DNA of 64,000 nucleotides from a virus (lineage: Duplodnaviria > Caudoviricetes): the IMG/VR virus record IMGVR_UViG_2837678835_000002, positions 346 through 64,345 of that record; one strand, 5' to 3'. The translations under genes and the position numbers were made by a program. The notes below the pieces were generated by a model. The model did no database searches. It saw only the letters and a list, made by a program, of their open reading frames with translations, and had not been told where the DNA came from. Positions 9,927 through 19,999 of this stretch are shown piece by piece (the first letter of the stretch is position 1; each line of letters begins with the position of its first letter).

Positions 9927-10688
9927 ATGATGAACATGACGGTCTCGGTCAATCCCCCCGTCAACAAACCGGCACCACTGAGGAATGTGGCTGCCTTCAC
10001 CAGCCTGATCAATCGCGTCGTCGATCGTCGACCAGGCCTGCCGGGCCTTGCCTGCTTCTACGGGCACTCCGGACTCGGAAAGACCAAGAGCGCGATCTTC
10101 GGCGCCAACCGGCACCGCGCCGCATATGTCGAGTGCGGACAGATGACGACCGCCAGGTCGCTTCTGGTGTCGATCCTGATGGAACTTGGACTGCCGAAGC
10201 CGAAGGGCACGGCGACCGACATGCTCAACGAGATCGTCGAGATACTCGCCCGCGATCCCAGGCGGCCGCTGATCATCGACGAGGCGCATCACATCGCTCA
10301 CAAGGCCTTCGTCGATGTCGTGCGCGAGCTGCACGACAAGAGCGACGCACCGATCGTGCTGATCGGCGAAGAGACGCTTCCGAAGCATCTCGAAGCCTAT
10401 GAGCGCGTTCACAATCGGATGCTCGACTGGGTGGCTGCGGTGCCTTGCGACGCCGAGGACTTCGCGATGTTGGCTCGGACCGTGGCGCCACGGCTTTCCA
10501 TTGGCGCTGATCTTGCATCGGAGATGCTGGACGTCACCGCCGGAAATACCCGCCGCATCGTCGTGAACCTGGCGAAGGCCGAGGAGATCGCCGCCCGCGA
10601 CGGCCTGGACACGATCGGTCTCGACCAGTTCGGCGGGCGCGAAGCCATCCTCGGCCTGCGCGCGCCGATGCCGAGGGCAGCCCGATGA
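9927..10688 (+). CDS. Mu B-like AAA+ ATPase
   Basis: Walker A GHSGLGKT, Walker B LIIDEAHH, IVLIGEE; GAGGAG RBS before ATG 9927. Confidence 0.93.
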   Translation: MMNMTVSVNPPVNKPAPLRNVAAFTSLINRVVDRRPGLPGLACFYGHSGLGKTKSAIFGANRHRAAYVECGQMTTARSLLVSILMELGLPKPKGTATDMLNEIVEILARDPRRPLIIDEAHHIAHKAFVDVVRELHDKSDAPIVLIGEETLPKHLEAYERVHNRMLDWVAAVPCDAEDFAMLARTVAPRLSIGADLASEMLDVTAGNTRRIVVNLAKAEEIAARDGLDTIGLDQFGGREAILGLRAPMPRAAR

Positions 10689-11302
10689 CGGCCGCGCGTG
10701 AATCGAAAGACCTTCGCGCCCGTGTCGAGATCTCGCTTCCCAAGGGCGAGGAAGCGATCTGGGCAATGATCCAGAAGCTCGATCGCGAAGGCTGCTGGTC
10801 GACGTCGGATGTGAGCTGCTTCGTCGGCCACAAGACGAAGGTGATTGCCAACTACGTCGCCCGGCTCGAGTCGGCGGGGTACGTCAGGCGGGTCGGGCGC
10901 TCGAAGGTGCGCGGGGAGCCGACGCTCTATGAGATTGCCCGGCCGAGCATCTTCGCGCCGCGGATATCCAGCAGCGGCGACGACCTGCCAGAGCTGGTCA
11001 TCGAGACACTCTGGCGGACAATGCGGATGCTCAAGGTTTTCCGGGCCGAGGACCTTGCCGCCTACCTCGCCGAAACGGGGCGAGCCCCGAATGTGAAGTC
11101 GATCCGGGTCTATCTCTGGCGGCTGCACGGCGCAGGGCTCCTCGCATTCGCCGGCAAACGAGGGCAGCGCCAGGAGCAACGCTTCAGGCTGGTTCGAATT
11201 CCCGGCCCCCGAGCCCCGAAGGTCCTCACCGCCAACGTCGTCTGGGATCCGAACCGCGGCGAGCCGCTCGGAACCGCCCAGGCGGAGGAGGCGGGTCTAT
11301 GA
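10685..11302 (+). CDS. Hypothetical protein with two winged-helix-like segments
   Basis: Coupled to B by ATGA; YVARLESAGYV and YLWRLHGAGLL repeats. Confidence 0.7.
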   Translation: MTAARESKDLRARVEISLPKGEEAIWAMIQKLDREGCWSTSDVSCFVGHKTKVIANYVARLESAGYVRRVGRSKVRGEPTLYEIARPSIFAPRISSSGDDLPELVIETLWRTMRMLKVFRAEDLAAYLAETGRAPNVKSIRVYLWRLHGAGLLAFAGKRGQRQEQRFRLVRIPGPRAPKVLTANVVWDPNRGEPLGTAQAEEAGL

Positions 11303-11685
11303 ACCAGCGGCAGACCTTCGAGGACAAGACTGCCCTCGCATGGGGCAACTCCCGGCCCGACTGGATCATCGAGCTTGCCCGCCTGGCGGACGCGGAAGGC
11401 TTGTCCGGCGCCGAAAAGCGCGTCGGGCGAGCTGCCTCGACCCTCAGCCAGACCCTGTCGAACACCTATCGCGGCGACGTCGGAAAGATCGAAGAGCGGG
11501 TCCGTGGCGCGCTGATGGCTCTCACCGTCGAGTGCCCGGTCCTAGGCGAGATCGGCCGGGACCGCTGCCTCGACGAACAGGGCAAGGACTTCGTCGCGAC
11601 GAGCGCCATGCGCGCTCAGCTCTATCGGGCCTGCCGCTCCGGCTGCCCTCACTCCAAGCACACGAAAGGGAAAGATCATGTCTGA
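11299..11685 (+). CDS. Phage HTH protein with Cys cluster
   Basis: AWGNSRPDWIIELA...VECPVLGEI...CRSGCPH; coupled. Confidence 0.7.
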   Translation: MNQRQTFEDKTALAWGNSRPDWIIELARLADAEGLSGAEKRVGRAASTLSQTLSNTYRGDVGKIEERVRGALMALTVECPVLGEIGRDRCLDEQGKDFVATSAMRAQLYRACRSGCPHSKHTKGKDHV

Positions 11686-11929
11686 GCTACGCTCCTCTCA
11701 GCGCCTGTCGGCACGCATCCGTCAGCTGCGCAGGTTCTTCAGCGAATACGACCGCTCCGGCCTCGCCATGAACGGCACGGCCGTCGATGCGCTCGCCGAA
11801 CGTCTGCGGAGCTTCGAGATCGACGCCGCAGACCTCGAGATTGGCGCCCGGCCCGCGAAAATCATGGCGCGCTCGATGCCGGAGATCGCCCGTCGGTACG
11901 CTTCGAGTGAGGCAGGAGCTGCCCGATGA
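11678..11929 (+). CDS. Hypothetical phage protein
   Basis: Overlapping neighbours in the early operon, with an RBS. Confidence 0.6.
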   Translation: MSELRSSQRLSARIRQLRRFFSEYDRSGLAMNGTAVDALAERLRSFEIDAADLEIGARPAKIMARSMPEIARRYASSEAGAAR

Positions 11930-12153
11930 TCCCGTCTCAAGCACAACCGCTCATCCGGCCCGCTGTCGATCGCATGCTCGCGGCCGAAGAAACGATCCGC
12001 GTGATGCGGCGCCTGATCATCGGCGGTCGCCGCGATGTCGGCTCCGACGAGGCATCGACCGCGATCGACGCGGCGATCGCCGAACTCATCGCCGCCCGGG
12101 CTGAGATCAACGCCGGCAATCTGAAGCGGGCAAGCGAACGGGTGGCGTCATGA
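11926..12153 (+). CDS. Hypothetical phage protein
   Basis: ATGA overlaps on both sides. Confidence 0.6.
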   Translation: MIPSQAQPLIRPAVDRMLAAEETIRVMRRLIIGGRRDVGSDEASTAIDAAIAELIAARAEINAGNLKRASERVAS

Positions 12154-12854
12154 ACGCCATCCGAACGATCGCCGAAGCCGTCGCCGAGATCCGGCACATC
12201 ACCTTTGCAGATCTCGTTTCCGACCGCCGACATCGCGAGTTGATCGGTCCAAGGCATGAGGCGATGTATCTGGCCAAGACCCTGACGCCGGCCTCACTGC
12301 CGGCGATCGGACGGCGCCTTGGCGGTCGGGACCACACGACGGTCCTGCACGCCGTCCGAAAGATTGAGGACCGGATCGCGCGCGAAGCGGGCTACGGCGA
12401 CGAGATCGAGGCGATGGGCGCAGCGATTTCCAAGCGTCTGCCTGGCGAGGGTAAGTTCGAGCTCGTGCCGGCTGAAGACGTCGATGCCTCTGATCTCGCT
12501 CGCCGCGTCGAGGAGGCGGTCATATCCGGTGGCCGGATCTCGGTCTTCGCCGATGAGGTTGCCGCCCTCGCAACGGCAGTGATCCAGCTCGAGCAGCGCC
12601 TTAAGGCGCTCGCAAAGCAGACGGCGCGACGCGAGGCCGGGCTCGCCAGACGGCTGGACGCCGCGGAGGCTCGCTTGTCGGCCGCGCAGCCGCATCAGTT
12701 CATCCCTGCCGCGCTTGTGACCCCCGTCATCGAGGCCTTTCGCCAACTCGAAAGCGATCGTTTCAGCGGTCGCGAGCGCTTCTCGCAGGAGCGGCTCGAC
12801 CGGGCTTTGAAAGAACTTAGAGACATCGTCGAACGGAAGGAATTTGCAGCATGA
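12150..12854 (+). CDS. DnaA domain IV (Bac_DnaA_C)-containing protein with coiled-coil tail
   Basis: [53 protein letters not shown] is the DnaA signature; no AAA domain. Confidence 0.88.
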   Translation: MNAIRTIAEAVAEIRHITFADLVSDRRHRELIGPRHEAMYLAKTLTPASLPAIGRRLGGRDHTTVLHAVRKIEDRIAREAGYGDEIEAMGAAISKRLPGEGKFELVPAEDVDASDLARRVEEAVISGGRISVFADEVAALATAVIQLEQRLKALAKQTARREAGLARRLDAAEARLSAAQPHQFIPAALVTPVIEAFRQLESDRFSGRERFSQERLDRALKELRDIVERKEFAA

Positions 12855-13522
12855 GTGCGACCACCCAGACACTGCCGGCGAACGAAGCACCGAGCCTGCC
12901 ACCAGGCGCGGTCGAGGTCGGAGGGCGGCTGTACCTGCCGGACTCCAAAGGCAATCTCGTGCCGCTCGATCTCGTGAAGGCGGAAGACCGGCTCGAGGAC
13001 GAGATGGTACGCAAGTGCCTCTCCTTCGCCGAGGACCTGTCGGCGCAGATCGGCCGCTTCCGCGGTCATACGATGGAGGACATCGGCGCCTTCCAGGCAA
13101 TCCTCGACCAGGAATACGGCGCCAAGCGGGGCGGTGCGAAGGGCAACGCCACCTTCATGAGCTTCGACGGGATGATGAAGGTCCAGGTCCAGCAGGCCGA
13201 CCTCATCGAGTTCGGCGCCCAGCTGCAGACCGCCAAGAAGCTGATCGACGAATATCTGACGGCGCTGACGGCAGATGCCTCGGCGGAGATCCAGGTCTTC
13301 GTCAACCGGGCCTTCGACGTCGACAAGGAAGGTCAGGTGAACCGGTCTGAGCTGTTTCGGCTGCGGCGGCTTCAGATCGACGACAAGCGGTGGCAGGACG
13401 CTATGCGGGCGATCTCGGAGGCCATCCGGGTCGTCGGATCAAAGGAATATGTCCGGTTTTACAAACGCGACAGCCATGATGGCGCTTGGCAGGCGGTCAC
13501 CATCGATCTGGCGAAAGCGTGA
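12851..13522 (+). CDS. DUF3164-family phage protein
   Basis: DSKGNLVP...[14 protein letters not shown]...[11 protein letters not shown]...GSKEYVRFY. Confidence 0.85.
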   Translation: MSATTQTLPANEAPSLPPGAVEVGGRLYLPDSKGNLVPLDLVKAEDRLEDEMVRKCLSFAEDLSAQIGRFRGHTMEDIGAFQAILDQEYGAKRGGAKGNATFMSFDGMMKVQVQQADLIEFGAQLQTAKKLIDEYLTALTADASAEIQVFVNRAFDVDKEGQVNRSELFRLRRLQIDDKRWQDAMRAISEAIRVVGSKEYVRFYKRDSHDGAWQAVTIDLAKA

Positions 13523-13527
13523 GGGCC

Positions 13528-13800
13528 ATGACCGCGCTCCTCGAAGCCCGGATCATCGCCGAGGTGCCGCTTGCAAAGGGCGGCGGCACCCGCGCCATCG
13601 CCGTCGACAATAACTGCGTCTGTCACGTCTTCACTGTCAGCGGCGGAATGGAGCGGCTAGCTCCCCAGCAGAGCTTCACGCCAGAGACGGCGCGCGAGAT
13701 TGCCCGGAGGGTGCTGGCCGGCGACGAGCGGATTCAGACTGCCCACAACACCTTGCGGATCCTTGCTGCGGCGGTGCTGACAGATGGAGTGACGGGGTGA
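13528..13800 (+). CDS. Hypothetical phage protein
   Basis: GAGG RBS before the ATG; GTGA overlap with gemA. Confidence 0.6.
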   Translation: MTALLEARIIAEVPLAKGGGTRAIAVDNNCVCHVFTVSGGMERLAPQQSFTPETAREIARRVLAGDERIQTAHNTLRILAAAVLTDGVTG

Positions 13801-14438
13801 CGGTGCTCGCGATGATGCACGTCGCCAAGCGCGACCTCGGTCTCGACGACGACACCTATCGGGCCGTGCTCGTCCGGGTGACGGGCAAACGCTCGTCGAA
13901 GGAGATGACCGATCGCGAGCGCCAGGCGGTGCTCGACGAGTTCCGCCGGCAGGGTTTCAAACCCGCTTCGAAGAGCAGCGGAAAGGCGACCAAGCCTTTG
14001 TCCGGCCCCTACGCCAAGAAGGCGCAGGCATTGTGGATTGCGCTGTGGAACCTCGGCGCGGTCGAGGACAGGCGGGATTCCGCGTTGCTCGCCTTCGTCT
14101 GCCGGCAGACCGGCATCGAGCGAACCGAGTGGATCCTCGACGCCAAGCACGGTCGCGCGGTGATCGAGGCGTTGAAGGCGTGGTGCCAGCGCGAGGGCGT
14201 CGACTGGGAGGTCGGGACGATGGCACCTGACCATGGTAAGCGGCACGGATTTCAGATTGCCTTAGCGCAGTGGGAAAAGCTGCGGCCGCACGAGGTGCGG
14301 ACGATGCCCGCCTTCTGGGCCGACGTCGGCTTTGTCCTGCGGCGGGCCGTCATCATCGATAAGCCGACTGACGCCGAGTGGATCACGGTGATGAACGCCT
14401 TCGGCAAGCGGATCCGCGCCGGAAAGGCGGGTGTCTGA
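13797..14438 (+). CDS. gemA: Mu gp16/GemA (DUF1018) protein
   Basis: HVAKRDLGLDDDTYRAVLVRVTGKRSSKEM...VIEALKAW; hallmark of transposable phages. Confidence 0.9.
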   Translation: MTVLAMMHVAKRDLGLDDDTYRAVLVRVTGKRSSKEMTDRERQAVLDEFRRQGFKPASKSSGKATKPLSGPYAKKAQALWIALWNLGAVEDRRDSALLAFVCRQTGIERTEWILDAKHGRAVIEALKAWCQREGVDWEVGTMAPDHGKRHGFQIALAQWEKLRPHEVRTMPAFWADVGFVLRRAVIIDKPTDAEWITVMNAFGKRIRAGKAGV

Positions 14439-14665
14439 TGGCCCGCCGCCGCAAGCTGCGCATCGTCGACCTGACGGCCGAGAAGGCCGCGGTGATCGCC
14501 GCGCATCTCGATCTCGTTGGCCTTACCGAAGGCTACGAGCTGCAGAGTCCTTGCCGCTTCTGGGAGCGCAAGGACGGAAGCTGGACGGGGCGGTTCGTCT
14601 ATACACACCCTGACGATCCGAAGGACAGGATCGTCCTCACCTCGAAGGGCCTGCGGTTCGCATGA
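14438..14665 (+). CDS. Hypothetical phage protein
   Basis: TGATG and ATGA coupling. Confidence 0.55.
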   Translation: MARRRKLRIVDLTAEKAAVIAAHLDLVGLTEGYELQSPCRFWERKDGSWTGRFVYTHPDDPKDRIVLTSKGLRFA

Positions 14666-15375
14666 CGCAGGCGGCGATTCCCCGCTCGATCAATGGCCCG
14701 CGCATCGAGGCGGCGAATTCGCTCGACTATTTTCCGACACCACCCTGGGCGACGCGCGCACTGTTTGCCGAGATCCTCGGCACGAAGGCGTTCCGCGATC
14801 TCATCGTCGAGGACCCCGCCTGCGGCGAAGGGCACATGGCCTATGTCTTGCAGGAGGTCTTCGGCACGGTCTGGGCGAGCGACGTCTACGATCACGGCTA
14901 TCGTCTGAATGGCGGCTTCGCCTTGCGCGACTTCCTGGAGCCCGCCGCCTTCGACGACCTCAAGCGACCCGACTGGATCATCACCAACCCGCCTTTCGGC
15001 ACGAAACTGCTCGCCTTCGTGCGCCGGGCGCTCGCAAGGGCGAGGACCGGCGTCGCCATCTACATGCCGACGGTGAAGCTCGACGGAATCAACCGCCACC
15101 GCTTCGTCTACGGTCCCAGGCCGCCGCATACGATCGCCCAGTTCGTCGAGCGGGCGCCCTGCCACAAGGGGCGCTGGGAGCCCGACGGCGACACTTTTAC
15201 GGCCTATTGCTGGATGATCTGGCGGCTCGATCGCCGCGTGAAAGATCCGGTTTTCCGCTGGATTCCGCCATGCCGATCGCGGCTGACCTTTCAACGCGAC
15301 ATCGACCTGTTCGGGACGTCGTCTGCCCCGCCCTTAAGCTCATCGCGGGGCTCGTCGCTGACGGGGGCCCCGTGA
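14662..15375 (+). CDS. Putative SAM-dependent DNA amino-methyltransferase
   Basis: DYFPTPPWAT, motif I-like EDPACGEGHM, motif IV ITNPPF. Confidence 0.8.
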   Translation: MTQAAIPRSINGPRIEAANSLDYFPTPPWATRALFAEILGTKAFRDLIVEDPACGEGHMAYVLQEVFGTVWASDVYDHGYRLNGGFALRDFLEPAAFDDLKRPDWIITNPPFGTKLLAFVRRALARARTGVAIYMPTVKLDGINRHRFVYGPRPPHTIAQFVERAPCHKGRWEPDGDTFTAYCWMIWRLDRRVKDPVFRWIPPCRSRLTFQRDIDLFGTSSAPPLSSSRGSSLTGAP

Positions 15376-15743
15376 CCGACCGGCTGGAGGACGAACTGGT
15401 CGCGCTTCTCGGAGCCGAAGACTTCATCCGTCTCGCCGAGGCGCATGGCGGCGAGCGGCGCTACATCCCGAAATCCGAGAGCGGGACGGAGATCGCCGAG
15501 GGGCTCGGTACGACGATCGCGGCGAAGCTCGCCCGGCGGTATGGCGGCGACGCCCTCGATATCCCTCTTGCCCGGCGGCTGCGGGCGAGACACTATCGCG
15601 CCGCGGGCCTCAGCAACCGGCACATCGCCAAGCGACTGGGGATCTCCGTCAACGGCGTCGAAAAACTGTTCCGCCGATCGCCGACACCGCGGCCGCCGCG
15701 CAGGCGCGAAGTCGACCCCAGACAGTCGGACCTCTTCAGCTGA
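15372..15743 (+). CDS. Mor/C-family late transcription activator
   Basis: LLGAEDFIRLAEAHGGERRYIP...YGGDALDIP plus C-terminal HTH; last gene before lysis. Confidence 0.85.
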   Translation: MTDRLEDELVALLGAEDFIRLAEAHGGERRYIPKSESGTEIAEGLGTTIAAKLARRYGGDALDIPLARRLRARHYRAAGLSNRHIAKRLGISVNGVEKLFRRSPTPRPPRRREVDPRQSDLFS

Positions 15744-15754
15744 TCTAGCACCGT

Positions 15755-15771
15755 CCCGGGACATGTCCGGG
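15755..15771 (+). promoter_or_regulatory. Candidate late-activator site (Plys-like)
   Basis: Dyad CCCGGGACATGTCCGGG upstream of the endolysin; the core CGGGACATGTCC recurs at 25073-25090. Confidence 0.65.
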
Positions 15772-15836
15772 CTAATTCCGGGATAGGTGATCCCGCATGG
15801 TCGAGCCTCACTCGTGACAGGCGATGAGGCTTTCCG

Positions 15837-16577
15837 ATGACCGCACCGATCCCATTCGCACAGTGGCTGCAGATGCGTCTGACGACGCACGGCTTTGCCT
15901 GCGGCGCGATCGACGGCATCGTTGGGCCGATCACCACGGCCGCGATCAAGGCGTTCGAGAAGGCGCATGGCCTGCCGGTGGACGGGATGGCCGACGACGC
16001 CGTCGTCACGGCGCTGCGCTCCTCGTCAAGTGTGGTCGACGCAGAGACCGCCAAGACGGTCGAGCACCGCGATCCGCCCGAGGAAGAGATCCAGAAAATC
16101 GCCCTCGTCAGCAACACTTGGCCACGGCAGAGCGGAGTCTCCGCATTCTACGGCGGGGTGGGGACGAACCAGACGACGATCGAGATCCCGTTCGACATGT
16201 GGATCGCCTGGTCGAAATCGACCCGCGCTCGCAAGATGACGCTTCACAAGAAGGTCGCGCCGTCGGCTCTGCGCGTCCTTCAGCGTGTCGCTCAGATCTA
16301 CTCTGCCAAGGAAATGCACGAGCTCGGTATCGATCTCTTTGGCGGGTCTCTGAACGTCCGCAGGATGCGCGGCGGGACGTCCTACTCGATGCATAGCTGG
16401 GGCATCGCGATCGACTTCGACCCGGAGCGCAATCAGTTGAGCTGGCACTCCCCGAAGTCGCGGCTGTCGAATTCCGATGCACTGCCGTTCTGGCAGGCCT
16501 GGGAGGCCGAAGGCTGGCTCTCGCTTGGCCGTGCGCGGAACTATGACTGGATGCACGTCCAAGCCGCCCGGCTCTAG
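15837..16577 (+). CDS. Endolysin: peptidoglycan-binding domain + M15 metallopeptidase
   Basis: DGIVGPITTAAIKAFEKAHGLPVDG (PG_binding_1); SMHSWGIAIDFD and DWMHVQ zinc motifs. Confidence 0.92.
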   Translation: MTAPIPFAQWLQMRLTTHGFACGAIDGIVGPITTAAIKAFEKAHGLPVDGMADDAVVTALRSSSSVVDAETAKTVEHRDPPEEEIQKIALVSNTWPRQSGVSAFYGGVGTNQTTIEIPFDMWIAWSKSTRARKMTLHKKVAPSALRVLQRVAQIYSAKEMHELGIDLFGGSLNVRRMRGGTSYSMHSWGIAIDFDPERNQLSWHSPKSRLSNSDALPFWQAWEAEGWLSLGRARNYDWMHVQAARL

Positions 16578-16619
16578 CTCTTCATCGTCCTGTCAAAGCT
16601 GCTTTCGAAAGGGTTCTCC

Positions 16620-17270
16620 ATGCGCTTTCTTTCACAGGTCCTAGGCGGCATCGCCTTCGGCTTTGCCGGGCTCCTCGCGCTGTTTGGACCGGCACCCATA
16701 ATGCCACGGCCGATCGTGGCAGAGGCGCTTGAAGACTCGCCCGCCTGGCGTTGGGTGGCCGCGGCCGTCACATGGTTCATGGCCTTCGGTCTACTGGCTT
16801 TACTGGCGCTGTTGATGTTGGCCGGCATCGCCCACGCCGCCGAGGCGGCGCCGACGGCGATCGATCTCGGCCCGATCGCCGCCAGCCTGATCGAGATCCT
16901 CGCCCCGATCGTCCTCGCCGGGCTTTCGGCGATCGCCGCGTGGGCCTTCGCGCTGTTCCGCAAGAAGACGGGCTGGCAGATCGACCAAAGCGTCGGACTG
17001 ATCGTCGATCAGGGGCTGCAAAAGGCTGTCGACTTCGCGGCTTCGCGGCTTCGCGACCGGGTCGCCGGCGGCATCCCACTGCATCTTCGCAATGAGGCGA
17101 TCAGGATCGCCGCTGGCTACGCCACTCAGAAGCTTCCGGGGGCGCTGAAGCACTTCAAGATCGATCCGGCCAATCCGGAGGATCCGAAGCTAACCCAGAT
17201 GATCGAGGCTCGTCTCGAGGAGTGGCTCGTCGATCCGGAGACGGAACGCTCCGCGTCCGCCGCGGTCTGA
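16620..17270 (+). CDS. Membrane protein (holin-like)
   Basis: Several hydrophobic segments, directly after the endolysin. Confidence 0.55.
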   Translation: MRFLSQVLGGIAFGFAGLLALFGPAPIMPRPIVAEALEDSPAWRWVAAAVTWFMAFGLLALLALLMLAGIAHAAEAAPTAIDLGPIAASLIEILAPIVLAGLSAIAAWAFALFRKKTGWQIDQSVGLIVDQGLQKAVDFAASRLRDRVAGGIPLHLRNEAIRIAAGYATQKLPGALKHFKIDPANPEDPKLTQMIEARLEEWLVDPETERSASAAV

Positions 17271-17285
17271 AGCCGGCGTGACCTG

Positions 17286-17882
17286 ATGGAATGGTACGAC
17301 GTCGTCCTCAAAATCCTGTCTCCACTCGTGGCGCTTGCGGCACTTGGCTTTACCGTCCATTCGACCCGGTCGCGGGCGTCGAAAGAGGAGAGCGACAAGC
17401 TCGATGACCGTCTGTCGGCGCTGGAGCGGACGGCGATTAAGCGCGAGGACGTCGACGGGCTGAAATCCAGCCTCAGCGAGCTTTCTGAGATCGTTCGTGA
17501 TCTCAAGGCGATCGGCAGAGAGGCCGAAGAGGCAAGCGAGCGATCCCAACGTAACGAAGGCCGGGTCATGGCGCTGGAGCGGGACGCCCATCGCTGGAGC
17601 GAGATCGAGGGCCAGGTCGACCGGATCAGCGAGGACCGCCTGAAGGTCGCGCAGATCCACCAGGCGACGTTCGAGCAGCTGCGCGACCGGATCGGCCGGG
17701 TCGAGGAGACTATCAAGCATTCCCCCAGTGCCCACCAGGTCGCAGATCTCAGGACGCTGGTCGAGAAGATGGGCGGTGACATCCGCGTGTTGTCAGAGGG
17801 CATGCGGCCGCTGGCTGCGAGCGTCGGCCGGATCGACGATTTCCTGATGGGGCAGAGCGCCAAGCGAATCGAGGGGCGGTGA
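17286..17882 (+). CDS. Membrane-anchored coiled-coil protein (Mu gp25/DUF2730-like)
   Basis: N-terminal TM, coiled coil, IKHSPS...V motif; position. Confidence 0.6.
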   Translation: MEWYDVVLKILSPLVALAALGFTVHSTRSRASKEESDKLDDRLSALERTAIKREDVDGLKSSLSELSEIVRDLKAIGREAEEASERSQRNEGRVMALERDAHRWSEIEGQVDRISEDRLKVAQIHQATFEQLRDRIGRVEETIKHSPSAHQVADLRTLVEKMGGDIRVLSEGMRPLAASVGRIDDFLMGQSAKRIEGR

Positions 17883-18175
17883 TGGATTACGCGGAACACC
17901 AGCGGCAGGACGGGCGGCTCGCCATGCTGCGGGCGCTCTACGAGCAGGACGACGATCGGTTGAACGAGACGATCCTGATGAAGGTGCTGGAAACCTACGG
18001 CTATCGGAAAACCAAGGAGTGGCTGCGCACCGAACTGCGCGTCATGGAGGATCTCGGCGCCGTCCGACTTTACCGCGCCGGTGAATTTCTCACGGCGGAG
18101 ATCACGGCAGCTGGGGCTGGCCACGTCGAGCGCACCAGCATCATCGAGGGCATCGCACGCCCGTCGCGGAGGTAA
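17879..18175 (+). CDS. Mu gp26-like protein
   Basis: RLAMLRAL...LNETIL...ITAAGAGHVERTSIIEGIARPS. Confidence 0.75.
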   Translation: MMDYAEHQRQDGRLAMLRALYEQDDDRLNETILMKVLETYGYRKTKEWLRTELRVMEDLGAVRLYRAGEFLTAEITAAGAGHVERTSIIEGIARPSRR

Positions 18176-18176
18176 C

Positions 18177-18743
18177 ATGTCGCGTACCTCGCGAGGCCGG
18201 CTTTCCTCTATCGACCTCCTGCCGCCGGAGGCCGATCCGATCGTCCAGTGGGCCGTCGAGGAGTTGCAGGCACGCGAGCGGACCCAGGCCGATATCCTCT
18301 TCGAGATGAACGATCGGCTTGAAGCGATCGGCTGCGAGGCGATCTCGTCCAGCGCCTTCAACCGATATTCGACGCGGCTCGCCGCGACGACGCGCCGGCT
18401 CCAGGAAACCCGGGACATCGCCAAGGCGGTGACCGAGCGGCTCGGGCCCGACCGTGCCGACGACATCACGATCATGCTCGTCGAGATGATCAAGAGTTCG
18501 GTCTATTCGATCCTCGAAACCGGCAATGTCGACACGCAAGGCGTGATGTTCCTGGCGAACGCCGTGAAGTCGGCGCTGGCGGCGCAGAAGGTATCCGCCG
18601 ACGCCCGACGGATCGCGCATTCCGAGATGCAGAAGAAGCTCGACGAGGCAGCGAAGGCCGTCGAGGAAGTCGGTGGGGAAAAGGGCTTTTCGGCTGAAAC
18701 CGTCGAAGCCATCAAGGCTCGAATCCTGGGGGTGAGCCTTTGA
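18177..18743 (+). CDS. Small terminase (Mu gp27/DUF3486)
   Basis: GRLSSIDLLP...ISSSAFNRY...GFSAETVEAIKARILG. Confidence 0.85.
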   Translation: MSRTSRGRLSSIDLLPPEADPIVQWAVEELQARERTQADILFEMNDRLEAIGCEAISSSAFNRYSTRLAATTRRLQETRDIAKAVTERLGPDRADDITIMLVEMIKSSVYSILETGNVDTQGVMFLANAVKSALAAQKVSADARRIAHSEMQKKLDEAAKAVEEVGGEKGFSAETVEAIKARILGVSL

Positions 18744-19999
18744 ATTCTAAAACTCAAACACCGTCAGAAAGGTTCGCAATCGATGAATACAGCATTCTCA
18801 TCGCCTTGGGTAATCGTGACTCTATTCGAGAAGGAATAGGCCACGGACATCGTTTTTTCGTACCAATCAGGGCGACTGGAAGAGGGGCAGACATACATCT
18901 GACTGTGGTTGAAGTCGGACCTTTTGAGCGGTCGCATGACGATTGGACCGCCCGTAACCAGGCGATCAAAATCTGTGGTTTCTGGAATTTCATCGGACCA
19001 AAACCAAGCGCCCTCGAAGTCCGCAGACTCGTCCAGTGCAATGTAAGAAGGGGAAATCCTCGTATTAGAGATATTTGCGTTTGCCAGCGACGAAACCTCC
19101 CGTGTGGGGGCGAGGTCGAGCGTCGAGCCCGAAAGCTTAGCGCCGCTCAGGTCGATATCACCAGTAGAAAAGTCTATTTCGGCGTTAACGATTTCAAGAA
19201 ATCTCAATGGAACGTTCAGAAATTGATAGCGCGGTATGCGCTTAAATTTTACTCCCCGGAATTTCACGCTTCCTCCATCGATCGACACACCTTCCAAATC
19301 GATCTGCGATCCGCTTATCGTCAGATCGACGTCGGTGAATTTGCATCCATTGAGTTTAGCGCCGCTGATTTCAAGTGTAACTTCAAGAGGACCCGCAAAC
19401 AGGCAGTCTCTCATATCAGCGTCATGAACGTTCGCATCGAATGCTCGCTTGACGTTGCTCGAGTTGATCATCTTGAGGCCGCGAAGATAGGTTCCTTGTC
19501 CGGGTATGCATGTGTCCTGATTTGTCATCGCCTTGCACGACAAATCGAGGCCAACAAGGTTTTGATGATTGGCGAAAAGCCATTCGATAGCTTCGACTTT
19601 GCCGCTATTGCCGGAGGCATGCGTGGTCAGGAGTTGCCAGTAGCGCGCGGCTTGTTCGGACTTCAGGTCGTTGAGTTGGACGTTCGTCGCCTCCAGAGTT
19701 TGTCTAGTTGCATACAACGTGAAGAGGAAAGCGGCAGCTGCGACGAGCTTAGTCAAGGGATGATCCTCAACACGTCGCAACCAGTCAAATCGCCACACGG
19801 CCGCGCCACAACCTTTAGCGGCCGCCCACGCTCTGACCGGGCAGATAAGCGCCCGTGCCTTGCCGTATCGGCGAGCAGAGCCCGCTTCATCCCCTGCGGC
19901 AGAATTCGTCGTGGGAAGAAGCGCCATTTCCAAGAACCCTTTAGTCAGATGCGACAAAAGCCTACCGGACTTGGCGCTTGCGGTGCGAGCGGAAAATGA
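18740..19999 (+). other. Sense-strand bridge ORF (419 codons) spanning the antisense moron
   Basis: TTG overlaps the terS stop (TTGA 18740-18743) and its stop overlaps the terL start (ATGA 19996-19999). Translation resembles no family I recognise. Confidence 0.45.
18764..19927 (-). CDS. Membrane-anchored pentapeptide-repeat protein (antisense moron)
   Basis: TM (LVAAAAFLFTLYAT), ARYWQLL...GNSGKVEAIEWL...NLVGLDLS, then A(D/N)LxG-like repeats; lower GC than flanks. Start is 19927 or 20008. Confidence 0.75.
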   Translation of the reverse strand: MALLPTTNSAAGDEAGSARRYGKARALICPVRAWAAAKGCGAAVWRFDWLRRVEDHPLTKLVAAAAFLFTLYATRQTLEATNVQLNDLKSEQAARYWQLLTTHASGNSGKVEAIEWLFANHQNLVGLDLSCKAMTNQDTCIPGQGTYLRGLKMINSSNVKRAFDANVHDADMRDCLFAGPLEVTLEISGAKLNGCKFTDVDLTISGSQIDLEGVSIDGGSVKFRGVKFKRIPRYQFLNVPLRFLEIVNAEIDFSTGDIDLSGAKLSGSTLDLAPTREVSSLANANISNTRISPSYIALDESADFEGAWFWSDEIPETTDFDRLVTGGPIVMRPLKRSDFNHSQMYVCPSSSRPDWYEKTMSVAYSFSNRVTITQGDENAVFIDCEPF

